A stretch of 61,711 bases of DNA from Elusimicrobiota bacterium (GCA_051745145.1 JBNJDT010000007.1:1-61711), one strand, 5' to 3'; numbered from the stretch's first letter, positions 8,262 to 17,441 are shown. Translations and numbers: made by a program. The notes: generated by a model from the letters alone, not told the origin.

Positions 8262-10361
8262 ATGAAACAATACTTTGTTTTTGTAAGAAAAATAATAAAT
8301 AATAAATTTATTGCAATTACCGGTTTAATTTTTTTACTCTCCTCGAAATTTTTACTGGCCTCCTCGGGTTTAGTTCTTAAATCCACCGTTGTCTATACAG
8401 GCGGAGAAAAAATTATATCTGCGGCTTCAACTTTAGATAGCCGGAATGATTTAATAGTGGTCGGGACAAGCGGAAGTAGCGATACGGATATTAGAATATT
8501 AAAATACGGTAGTGACCTGGTATTAAAATCCAGTAATACTTTCGACAGTGGTGGAGATGACGAAGCTACTTCTGTAGCCGTGGACAGTAATGACAATATA
8601 GTTGTCGGTGGTTCTGCCGACAGTAAATTTTTGGCGGTAAAATTCAGTACGGGTTTAAATGTAATTTCATATTCTACGACTTCAGCAAGCAGTAAATTAT
8701 CCGGGATTGCTATTAATAATAATACCGATAATATTTATGCCGGGTCTGATTGGCGCTGGATAGTAGATTACGGTACTTCAGTTGCAGATGGCATTAAAAA
8801 TATTAGCAGTGATGACGGGGAATCTGAATCAATTCTGCTGAACAGCAGCGGATATATATATGCCGGGGGATCTGTGGGGGGAGATGAGGATGCAATAGTA
8901 AAAAAATATGACAGTTCTTTAACTTCGATTTCCAGCGTAACATATGACAGCGGAGGACTTTATGATAGTGTCATAGATATTTGCCGGGACAGTGAAGACA
9001 ATATTTTTGCTGCCGGTCATCAAGATCAGACCGGTTCATCGAATTCTTACTTTATAAAAAAATATGATTCTAATTTGAGTGCGATTAGTGATACTATACG
9101 GTACAGTGATAACAGTAATAAGTATATAGTTAATTCTTATGAAGACGATATTGGGCTAATTGTTGTTTCGGATTTGAATGAATCGGGCACCAGTGAAGAT
9201 ATTCATATAAGAAACTACAATTCCAATCTGCGTTTAAAGGACAGTTATGATTTGGATACCGGAAGTAGCGACGAGCTGCCGGCCGATGTAACTGTTGATT
9301 CGGAAGGGGGGATATATGTAGTAGGAACAGTGGACAGCACAAATACTGTAGTAGCTAAATTTAATTATGAATATTCCCCTCTAATAATAGATTCTATTAC
9401 CGAAGGAAAGGTGGGGGAGAATAACGAATTGACTATATCGGCAAGTAATATTCCCGTATCCGCAAAAGAAGATATCGCGGTCACCTTCACCGGGGAAGAT
9501 ACTGAAAATTTTCAGGTGACTGTAAGTTCAATTAATTCCTCTACAATAGATCTTCAGGTGGATATACCCGGGGATGCCAAGCTGGGAAATAAAGTGGCAG
9601 TTGTAGAGGATCTTTTGCATTATGATACGGATTCAACAGATTTTTCCGTTGTTCAGGAAGAATATGTTGATATAACCGAGGATACGACTATTACGGCGAA
9701 TACCGAGCAGGGAGCTCTGGAACTGGGGTTCTTAAAGAATTCTCTGATAGAAAATTCTCACATAACTATCTCTCTTATAGATAAAAGCGATGCGCCGGAG
9801 GCACCTGATGATATAAAACTTTCCGACATGATTTTTAAAGTCCAAGCCGATCCTTTAGGTCGCCCGGAAAAGTATCCCGTTCTTAAGATGAATTATACAG
9901 AAAATAATTTTGATGATCTGGATAAAGATAAATTATCTGTTGTATATTATGATGACGCCGGCAATGGCTGGGTCCGTCCGGCTGATACTTATAAGGATGC
10001 GGATTCCGGAAATATTATTACTTATATTACAAATTTCGGCATATTTGCCGCCGCCGAGAGTAAAGAAGAGTCAACCGAAGATATTGTTGTATATCCCAAT
10101 CCCTACAAGCCTGCCTCGGGAGGAAAATACGACAATACAGATTTTGGGGAAGGTATTGTTTTTTCCGGTGTGCCCGATGGAGCATCCTTAAAAATATTTA
10201 ATGTGGTGGGGGAAATTGTCCATGATGCCTCCCCTGCTGACAGTACGTATATCTGGAATACCGAGCTGGATAATGGCAAGCTGGCTCCCAGCGGGTTGTA
10301 TGTCTATTTGCTGACCGGGGGATCGGAAGATATAAGGGGGGAGGTATCGATAGTAAGATAA
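8262..10361 (+). CDS. secreted beta-propeller (SBBP-like) surface protein with T9SS-like/FlgD-Ig C-terminal domain
   Basis: Signal peptide. Repeated 'D.A..V.VDS.dNI.v.G ... KY(d)S.L' blades. C-terminus VVYPNPYKP...LKIFNVVGEIV...IWN...GKLAPSGLYVYLL...GEVSIVR. ATG 8262 is preferred over TTG 8229. Confidence 0.8.
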   Translation: MKQYFVFVRKIINNKFIAITGLIFLLSSKFLLASSGLVLKSTVVYTGGEKIISAASTLDSRNDLIVVGTSGSSDTDIRILKYGSDLVLKSSNTFDSGGDDEATSVAVDSNDNIVVGGSADSKFLAVKFSTGLNVISYSTTSASSKLSGIAINNNTDNIYAGSDWRWIVDYGTSVADGIKNISSDDGESESILLNSSGYIYAGGSVGGDEDAIVKKYDSSLTSISSVTYDSGGLYDSVIDICRDSEDNIFAAGHQDQTGSSNSYFIKKYDSNLSAISDTIRYSDNSNKYIVNSYEDDIGLIVVSDLNESGTSEDIHIRNYNSNLRLKDSYDLDTGSSDELPADVTVDSEGGIYVVGTVDSTNTVVAKFNYEYSPLIIDSITEGKVGENNELTISASNIPVSAKEDIAVTFTGEDTENFQVTVSSINSSTIDLQVDIPGDAKLGNKVAVVEDLLHYDTDSTDFSVVQEEYVDITEDTTITANTEQGALELGFLKNSLIENSHITISLIDKSDAPEAPDDIKLSDMIFKVQADPLGRPEKYPVLKMNYTENNFDDLDKDKLSVVYYDDAGNGWVRPADTYKDADSGNIITYITNFGIFAAAESKEESTEDIVVYPNPYKPASGGKYDNTDFGEGIVFSGVPDGASLKIFNVVGEIVHDASPADSTYIWNTELDNGKLAPSGLYVYLLTGGSEDIRGEVSIVR

Positions 10362-12100
10362 TGAAAAAGATATTATATTTTATTTTTGTAGGAATATTCT
10401 TTATCAGTGGTCAAACTTTTGGGGCAGAAATTTCGGCCGGGTCCCAGTTTCTACGTCTCGGTCAGGGGGGACGTACGGTGGCGATGGGGGAAGCTTACGG
10501 GGGAGTTGCTGACGATGTTAACTCTATATTTTATAATCCGGCGGGGTTAGTTCAGATGACTAATCCGGAGATCCTGTTTGAACATTCGGTGCTGTTTGAA
10601 AATATAAATATGGAAAGTCTGGCGGTCGCAGATAGAATTACCGAAAATTCTGCCGCCGGGGCGGCCTTTTTTTATCTATATTCGGGAGATATAGAAAAGT
10701 ACGACCGGTACGGTCAGAAAATCGGAAACAGTTACAATACTGATAATTCCGTAATTACCGGCTCTTATGCCCGGAAAATTTTTAATAATACAAATGCGGG
10801 AATAAATTTTAAAAGAATTTCTACTAATATTGAAGAGGAAAAATCGGCGACAGTAGCAGTGGATGTGGGGATTTTAAGAAGATTTAATAAATTAAAAGCG
10901 GGATTAAGTATATTTAATATCGGGGGTAAGATGCAGTTTGTAAATGCAGAAGAATCCCTGCCTTTAAATATAAAGTTAGGCGGAAGTTATGAGGTAACAG
11001 ATAATATTTTGCTTGCAGCAGATGTAAATTTACCTCAGGATAAGAACATGGGTATAAATGTCGGGGGGGAATATTCTAAAACTTTTTTTGATAAACTTAA
11101 ACTCTCATTAAGAGGAGGTTTTAAAACATTTTCAGCCGGTAAAATTTCTATGGGTGGGGGAATAAACTGGGGAGACTGGGATTTAAATTTAGCTATGGTT
11201 CCGTATACGGAGCTGGGCTCAACTTTTAGGGTAGATCTTATAAAGAAATTTGGAGCCGGGATAGGCTCATATAAGGGACAGTCCAGCGCTGAATTGATGG
11301 AAGAACTTGAAAAATTGCGGTCTGAAGTCGGAAAAGTGGATGAACTGAAAAAAGAACTTGAGGATAAGAACAAAGAGTTAGAGCAGATACAGAAAGAAGC
11401 CAGCCGCCGCGAAGAAGAATTACAGGAGAAACTGGAGGGTGCTGTTTCCGAAGAAGAGAGAAACAGGCTCCAGAATGAACTTAAAAATGTAAGGCGGGAA
11501 AAAGAAGAGGCAATAAGCCAGACAAGCACCAAGGAAGAAGAGTTGCGCAGTCAACTTAACCAGAGAGAAGAGGAACTTGAGAGTTTGAGAACAAAGTTAG
11601 AAGAAAGAGTGGAATCCGGAACAACCGAAAAACAGGAAATAGAAGAAGAAGTAGAGGAAAAAGAAGAGTCTTTAGAAGAATATAAACAGCAGGCCCAACA
11701 GCGTCAGCAAGAGTTACAGGAGAAAATAGAATCCGCTCCTTCGCCGGAAGAAGCTCAGCGGTTGCGGCAGCAGTTGGATGAACTTCGCAAAGAGCAGCAG
11801 AAAGAATTATCCGAAAAAGAGAAAGAACTTGAAAAACTTAGGCAGGAAAGTTCAGAAAAAGAGGCCGAGATAAACCGTTTAAGAGGAGAAATAGAAGAAC
11901 TTAAAAAACAGAAGAGTAAACCGCCTACCCGAAAAAGAGGTACCTATAAAGAAGCTCTGCAGTGGTACAGGGAAAGAATAAAGACGGGTCCCCTCCCTGA
12001 TAAACAGAAGATTAAAATACTTGAAAGTATGATTGAAACCTACCTGGAAATTGAGGATGAAGTGCCTGAAATGCAGCAGGAATTAGAGCAGTTACAATAA
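10361..12100 (+). CDS. PorV/PorQ-like outer-membrane beta-barrel with long C-terminal coiled coil
   Basis: FLRLGQGGRTVAMGEAYGGVADDVNSIFYNPAGL is the PorV/FadL-type N-terminus. Alternating beta-strands to about aa 297, then about 220 aa of E/K/Q coiled coil. TAATG overlap with the upstream gene. Confidence 0.85.
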   Translation: MKKILYFIFVGIFFISGQTFGAEISAGSQFLRLGQGGRTVAMGEAYGGVADDVNSIFYNPAGLVQMTNPEILFEHSVLFENINMESLAVADRITENSAAGAAFFYLYSGDIEKYDRYGQKIGNSYNTDNSVITGSYARKIFNNTNAGINFKRISTNIEEEKSATVAVDVGILRRFNKLKAGLSIFNIGGKMQFVNAEESLPLNIKLGGSYEVTDNILLAADVNLPQDKNMGINVGGEYSKTFFDKLKLSLRGGFKTFSAGKISMGGGINWGDWDLNLAMVPYTELGSTFRVDLIKKFGAGIGSYKGQSSAELMEELEKLRSEVGKVDELKKELEDKNKELEQIQKEASRREEELQEKLEGAVSEEERNRLQNELKNVRREKEEAISQTSTKEEELRSQLNQREEELESLRTKLEERVESGTTEKQEIEEEVEEKEESLEEYKQQAQQRQQELQEKIESAPSPEEAQRLRQQLDELRKEQQKELSEKEKELEKLRQESSEKEAEINRLRGEIEELKKQKSKPPTRKRGTYKEALQWYRERIKTGPLPDKQKIKILESMIETYLEIEDEVPEMQQELEQLQ

Positions 12101-12223
12101 TATTTACAGAAAAAAAATAAATAGAAAAATTAAAGGTAAAAGTAAAAAAATATGGAGTTCCCCTTGAAAATTTATAAATTTCGTGTTATTAGTGTAATGT
12201 AAAAGAAAAAAATAATATTGAAA

Positions 12224-12309
12224 ATCTACTGATAAAGGCAACCGGCAGGTAACTGTCGCAGCGCAAAATTACAGTTCCTAATTACAGGAAGGCTGAATTC
12301 CCAGTAGAT
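12224..12309 (+). ncRNA. c-di-GMP-I (GEMM) riboswitch aptamer
   Basis: P1 ATCTACTG (12224-31) / CAGTAGAT (12302-09). AAAGGCAA junction. P2 GGCAG-GTAA (GNRA)-CTGTC. GCGCAAAA junction. P3 AATT-A-CAG-TTCCT...AGGAA-GG-CTG-AATT. Located in the 5' leader of CDS 12470. Confidence 0.85.
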
Positions 12310-12375
12310 CGGAAAATGCTTGCTATACACAAATAAGGAATTTTGGTATTTTGTTGTATTGTGAGGTTTAAAATT

Positions 12376-12420
12376 ACCGATTTGCCTTTATCAGAGTTAT
12401 AAAGGTGAGTCGGTTTTTTT
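12376..12420 (+). terminator. intrinsic terminator, riboswitch expression platform
   Basis: 16-bp hairpin ACCGATTTGCCTTTAT / ATAAAGGTGAGTCGGT (with G-U pairs) followed by a T-run. Its left arm is complementary to the aptamer 5' strand. Confidence 0.85.
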
Positions 12421-12469
12421 ATTTATACAATAAAAAAGAGATAGTTGAAGCATATACGCAGGTAAAATT

Positions 12470-15400
12470 ATGACCAATATAAAAATAAAAATCAGAAAAA
12501 TAGAGGTAGTTGTATGGCTTTTAATAGTTTTTTTAACTTCTACTGCCCTGGCTGAATTCGGACAAAATTTTGAATCGGGAAAACAAAATTTTCTCAAGGG
12601 AAATTTTGAACAAGCCGCCGAAAACTGGCGAAAAAGTTATTCGGCAAATCCGGACAGCGTAAAAATTAAGAAAATATTGTCTCATACGTTACTGTATCTG
12701 GGTAAAGTCTCTTATGAAAATGGATATTATGATATGGCAATGAATTACTTTCAGGAAGCTAATAAAGTTTCTCCCGGCGAAGATAAGTATGAACTTGTTG
12801 CTTACGCTGAAATGAGCGGAAGATTTGCCGACGATGTTGAAGTGGAAGAAGAAAAATTAAATTATAAGAACGATATGGATGCGGTAATGAGCGTCCTGTT
12901 TTTGCCGGAAGAAGAAGTAGAAGAATTAGTTCAAAAAGAAAAAGATAAAGAATCGGGAAAATCAGAAGGAGGACCGGATAAAAATAAATCGGATAATAAA
13001 GTTGACCGGCTAACTGAGGATTACCGGGACCGTCTAACTAAAAAAGATGAAACTTCTGTAAATATTAGAAATTATACGGTAGAGGAAGGCTCAACGTTTA
13101 CGGTTGAGGCCTGGTTGATAAATGAAGAGAATAAAGAGGGGATTCCCGGGAAAACAGTTAAATTTGAATTCCCCGATGTGGAAAAATCCACTCAGACTGA
13201 GCAGGAAATGGCCGGTCATGCAAGCGTAGAATATACTGCCCCTGCTTCGACGGGGACTTTTAAATATATAGTTAGTTTTAAGGGGGATAGCAGATTTAAA
13301 CCGGCGAAGAGTGAAAAGAGGGATATCACCGTAATTCCAAAACCTCCCGGGTTATTTGCCGGGCTGTGGATGTGGCTGCTGGGTATATGTGGAATTGGAG
13401 GCGCAGTCTTATGGAGAGTAAAATATAAACAGCCGGCAGACGAAGAAGAAAAGCAGGAATCCGAAGATGCAGTTAAATATTCCCCCGCAGAGGTAAATAA
13501 GAAAATAAAAAAGATTGATGCTCTTGAAGATCTGGCCCTTATAGATAAAGATGATGTCGAGGAAGCATCGGCTGCTTTTGAAACGTTAGATGAAGAGCAA
13601 AAAGAAGAAGTTGAACTGGCGGAAAAACTCAGAAAAGCTCAAAATATAATAAATAAAATGGAAGAAGTCTATCAAGTTGAAAAGATGATCTATAGACTTC
13701 CCTCCCCGGATGATATTGAAGCAGATAGTTATGAAGAAGTAAAATCAGCCCGCCGGGCTTATGACAATCTAGATGAGGATCAACAGGATGAGGTGGAGGA
13801 AATAGATAAATTAAAGGCCCTGGAAAAAGAAGTTGCAGAGCCGGAAACTGAGGAACAACCGGCTAAAGCGTCCAAAGAAGTAACAGAACTTATAGAGAGA
13901 ATCGATAAACTACCGGCCATCGATAAGTTAAGCCTGGATGATAAAGACCTGGTTGAAAAAATCAGAACCAGTTACGATAGTCTGCCGGGCAGTGAAAAAG
14001 AAGAGGTTGAGAATACCGAGTTATTGGAACAGGCGGAAAACCGGATAATAGATTTAGAGATAGAAGCTGAAGAAGAACAGATAACTTCGACTGAAGTGAC
14101 AGAAATTATAGAGGGTATAGATAAATTGCCGCCCATCGAGCAGTTAAGCCTGGATGATAAAGAGGAGGTTGAAAAAATCAGCGCCCTGTACGATAACCTG
14201 CCGGGTAGTGAAAAAGAAAAGATTGAGAATGCCGGGCTGTTAGAAGAAGCAGAGAGCCGGATAATAGATTTAGAAATAGAAGCCGAAGAAAAAGCCGGGG
14301 AAGACGAATCCGTTTCCGAAGAAGTAAATCAGGTTGAAGATTTAATAGCGGCTCTGCCGTCGGTAGACCAATTAGATATGAAAGACCGGGAAGAAGTATT
14401 TGCTATCAGAGATGCTCATGAGAATTTAGAGGAAGAAGAGAAGGGAATAATAGATAATATTGATAAACTAAAAGAAGCAGAATCGAAGATAATTGAACAG
14501 GAGTCCAAAATACAAAAAGTAGAGGAGATAATAAATAATCTTCCGGATATTAAAAAGCTAAAAATAGAAGATAGGGATGATGTTAACTTTGCCAGGGAAG
14601 CGTTTGAATCTCTTCGAGATACCCAGAAAAAAGAGATCAAAAACTCAGATTATCTGGAACAGGTTGAGAATAGATTACTGGAGTTGGAAACTGAAAAAGA
14701 AGAGTATATAGAAATAGATGAAGATCCGTCTAGAATTGAAAAAGTCAGACATGAAGCAAGAGAACGCGCGGCAAGGCAGCTGGCGGATTTAAAAAATGAA
14801 CTGGCAAATAGAGACAGGAAGATAGCAGAATTAAAGTCATTAATTACCGGAAAAGATAAAAAAAGAAAAGAGTTAAAGACTGAATTTGAGCAGTTTAAAC
14901 AGGAACATAAGAAGCATATTTCAACTATAAAAGATGAGATTGAAGAGGTAAAGGGAAAGGACGAGGACCCGTCTCCCAGCATAGTTAAAGAACTGAAAAA
15001 AAGTATGCAGTCTATTGAAACTGAGAATGAAAAATTGAAGGAAAATTTAGAACGGATAAGTCAAAGTAAAGACCAAAAAATAGAAGATTTAAAGGGTGAA
15101 ATTAACGAGTTAAAGTCTGAAAAAGGTGAGAAACAGGCGGAAAAGACAGAAAAAATAAAGCAGTTTAAAGAAGAGCTGAAAAATGATAAAGAAAATATCC
15201 AGTCGGTTTTGGAAGAGGAAAGGAATAAGACGCAAAAAATAATAGAAGATTTTGAGGAAGGTGTCAGAAAGGTAAAAGCAGAAAATAAAGAGTTGAGAGA
15301 AAAGCTAAAGAATTTAAAGGATGAAGAAAAGAAGCAGATAGAATCCCTTAAAGAAGAGGTAGCCTCAACTGAGGAAAAGGGATATAAACAGATTGAAGAT

Positions 15401-16225
15401 TTAGAAAGTAAAATTAATGAAATAAAAATTCAAAAACAGGAAAAAGAAGAGGTCGAATTTAAAAAGATAAATCAGCTTAGTGAAAATTTTAAAAGAGAAA
15501 AAGAAAATTTTCAATCAGCATTGGAAGAAGAAAAACAAAAAAGACAAAAAGTGGTGGACAGATTAGAAAAAAGTATACGGGAAGCTAAAGATGTGAATAA
15601 AAACTTAAAGAAAAATATTGAACAAATGGAGCAAAACAAAGAACGGGAAAAAGAAAAATTAGAGAGCAAATTCAGTAAACTAAAGAAGAAACAGCGGGAA
15701 ACTAAAAAGCAGCTGGAAAATATAAAGAAGATTAATAAAGAATTAGCGGAAGAAAAAGAAGGTTTTAGAATAGCTCTTAAGCAGGAAAAAGAAAAAAGAG
15801 AGCAAAAAGTGGAAGAGTTAAAAAAACGGTTAAATGAGATAAAGGAAAAAGAACTGGTTAAAAAAGAGAAGTTTATTAAGAATTTTCAGCAGACTAATGA
15901 GACTATAAATTCTAATAAGAGTAAAATTCAGAAAGCTCTTGAAAAGGAAAGGAAAATCCGGGAAAAGAAAGTTGAGGATTTAGAAAGAAAATTAGAGGAA
16001 ATGATTACCGAAACTTCTAAAACAGAGAAACCAGTTAAAGAATTGCCCCCTGAACCGAAAAAAGAAGAAACGCCCCAAAAAAGCGAAAAAAGCAAAGAAA
16101 CCACAGAAGATAAAGAAATTTTGGATGAGAAAAAAGAAGCGAAAAAAGAAGAAGGTTTTGAAAGTGATGAGACAGATATTATGGGAGACTTTATGTCTAC
16201 ACTGAGTCAAGATGAAAAAGATTAA
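12470..16225 (+). CDS. large bitopic membrane protein: signal peptide, TPR, one Ig-like domain, TM, acidic helical repeats, long coiled coil
   Basis: Signal (..STALA/EF). TPR-like aa ~30-105. Ig repeat TSVNIRN...FKGDSRFKPAKSEKRDITV. TM GLWMWLLGICGIGGAVLW. About 6 'V..II..LP....L.L.D...V...R.aYd.L' repeats. E/K coiled coil from about aa 760. Confidence 0.85.
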   Translation: MTNIKIKIRKIEVVVWLLIVFLTSTALAEFGQNFESGKQNFLKGNFEQAAENWRKSYSANPDSVKIKKILSHTLLYLGKVSYENGYYDMAMNYFQEANKVSPGEDKYELVAYAEMSGRFADDVEVEEEKLNYKNDMDAVMSVLFLPEEEVEELVQKEKDKESGKSEGGPDKNKSDNKVDRLTEDYRDRLTKKDETSVNIRNYTVEEGSTFTVEAWLINEENKEGIPGKTVKFEFPDVEKSTQTEQEMAGHASVEYTAPASTGTFKYIVSFKGDSRFKPAKSEKRDITVIPKPPGLFAGLWMWLLGICGIGGAVLWRVKYKQPADEEEKQESEDAVKYSPAEVNKKIKKIDALEDLALIDKDDVEEASAAFETLDEEQKEEVELAEKLRKAQNIINKMEEVYQVEKMIYRLPSPDDIEADSYEEVKSARRAYDNLDEDQQDEVEEIDKLKALEKEVAEPETEEQPAKASKEVTELIERIDKLPAIDKLSLDDKDLVEKIRTSYDSLPGSEKEEVENTELLEQAENRIIDLEIEAEEEQITSTEVTEIIEGIDKLPPIEQLSLDDKEEVEKISALYDNLPGSEKEKIENAGLLEEAESRIIDLEIEAEEKAGEDESVSEEVNQVEDLIAALPSVDQLDMKDREEVFAIRDAHENLEEEEKGIIDNIDKLKEAESKIIEQESKIQKVEEIINNLPDIKKLKIEDRDDVNFAREAFESLRDTQKKEIKNSDYLEQVENRLLELETEKEEYIEIDEDPSRIEKVRHEARERAARQLADLKNELANRDRKIAELKSLITGKDKKRKELKTEFEQFKQEHKKHISTIKDEIEEVKGKDEDPSPSIVKELKKSMQSIETENEKLKENLERISQSKDQKIEDLKGEINELKSEKGEKQAEKTEKIKQFKEELKNDKENIQSVLEEERNKTQKIIEDFEEGVRKVKAENKELREKLKNLKDEEKKQIESLKEEVASTEEKGYKQIEDLESKINEIKIQKQEKEEVEFKKINQLSENFKREKENFQSALEEEKQKRQKVVDRLEKSIREAKDVNKNLKKNIEQMEQNKEREKEKLESKFSKLKKKQRETKKQLENIKKINKELAEEKEGFRIALKQEKEKREQKVEELKKRLNEIKEKELVKKEKFIKNFQQTNETINSNKSKIQKALEKERKIREKKVEDLERKLEEMITETSKTEKPVKELPPEPKKEETPQKSEKSKETTEDKEILDEKKEAKKEEGFESDETDIMGDFMSTLSQDEKD
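13877..14290 (+). repeat. intragenic tandem repeat, 216-bp (72-aa) period
   Basis: EVTELIERIDKLPAIDKLSLDDK...RIIDLEIEAEE versus EVTEIIEGIDKLPPIEQLSLDDK...RIIDLEIEAEE, starting at 13877 and 14093. Confidence 0.85.
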
Positions 16226-16265
16226 GGAAAAGAAGAGTATAGAGGGTAAAGAAGAGGCAAAAAAT

Positions 16266-17384
16266 ATGAAAGACATAGATTTCAGGCTGTATACCGCGGC
16301 CAGCAACGGAGACACAGAATCGGTAAAGTCGCTGTTGGAGATCCGTGCGGACGTAAATACAACGATAGAGGGAAAGACAGCGCTTATGAGAGCGGCTATG
16401 GAAGGGCACGCCGGTACGGTAAAAACTTTAATAGATGCCGGAGCAAATCTTGAAAAAAGGGATGAGAAGGGCCGGACAGTTTTAATGAGAGAGGCAAAGA
16501 GGGGGAATGCGGATATAAGCCGGCTGTTAATAGAAGGAGGAGCAAACGTCAATGTAAAAGAAAACGGGACAACTGCCCTGATGGAAGCCGCCGGTCGGGG
16601 ACATCGCTATACATTAAAAACCCTTATAAAAGCAGAAGCAAAATTAGAAGAAAAAGATGAAAACGGGTGGACGGCTCTTCAAAGAGAAGCCAGGAGGGGA
16701 AATACCCGGATAGTGGATATGCTTATAGAGGCCGGGGCCAAGGTAAATGTATCGGATTCTAAGGGGGTGACCCCGCTTATAAGTGCCTCGCACGAAGGGC
16801 ACATAGAGACGGTAAAAAGCCTGCTGGACGGGGGAGCGAAGATAGATAAAAAGATAAGTAAAGGGGGAACGGCCTTGATGGCCGCGGCGTTTAGAGGGCA
16901 TACGGATATAGTGAGACTGCTTTTAGCCCGGGGGGCGGATGTAAGTATAGAGAACGAAAAAGGGTGGACGGCGCTGAAGATGGCTAAAAATCAGGGGCAT
17001 ACGGTAATAGAGTATATATTAAAAGAGGCCGGCGGGTCAGATAATGATTTTAACAGACCGCCGCTGATATGGGCAGTAATAAGAGAGAATAGCGAGAAAG
17101 TAAAAGAGCTGTTAGAATCGGGAGCCAGGGTGGAAGAAGAAGATGACCGGGGATGGGATGCATTGATGTACGCCATGGAGGCGGGAAATACCAAGATAGT
17201 ATCGCTTTTAAAAGAGGCGGGAGCCTCCCTGGATGAAGAAAAGATAAACGAGGTAAAATTAAAAAAGAGCTTATCTGAATTGCGCACGGCAGTAACTATG
17301 TACTATGAAGTAGAAGGGAATCCGCCAGAGAACCTGGAAGATCTGGTGCCCGAGTATATAGGAAAGTTGCCCGAAGGGGACTGG
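16266..17384 (+). repeat. 1,119-bp direct repeat, copy 2
   Basis: Matches 6886..8004. Confidence 0.95.
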
Positions 17385-17441
17385 CAGTATGAACCGCAAA
17401 ATTTAGAGATTACAGAAGAAAGAGCGGTAAAATTCAGTTAG
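16266..17441 (+). CDS. ankyrin-repeat protein with C-terminal pseudopilin-like domain, copy 2
   Basis: Identical to 6886..8058 except for the last ~18 aa. ATG 16266 matches the copy-1 start; the ORF track gives an alternative upstream ATG at 16212. Confidence 0.9.
   Translation: MKDIDFRLYTAASNGDTESVKSLLEIRADVNTTIEGKTALMRAAMEGHAGTVKTLIDAGANLEKRDEKGRTVLMREAKRGNADISRLLIEGGANVNVKENGTTALMEAAGRGHRYTLKTLIKAEAKLEEKDENGWTALQREARRGNTRIVDMLIEAGAKVNVSDSKGVTPLISASHEGHIETVKSLLDGGAKIDKKISKGGTALMAAAFRGHTDIVRLLLARGADVSIENEKGWTALKMAKNQGHTVIEYILKEAGGSDNDFNRPPLIWAVIRENSEKVKELLESGARVEEEDDRGWDALMYAMEAGNTKIVSLLKEAGASLDEEKINEVKLKKSLSELRTAVTMYYEVEGNPPENLEDLVPEYIGKLPEGDWQYEPQNLEITEERAVKFS

Noticed and set aside
12164..12192. 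Promoter for the riboswitch leader (TTGAAA-17-TATTAG)
   Set aside because: The position is plausible, but the -10 match is weak in very AT-rich DNA, so it was not listed as a feature.
12224..12309. 3',3'-cGAMP (GEMM-Ib) riboswitch variant
   Set aside because: The G20-equivalent position is G rather than A, which favours c-di-GMP. Experimental confirmation is still needed.
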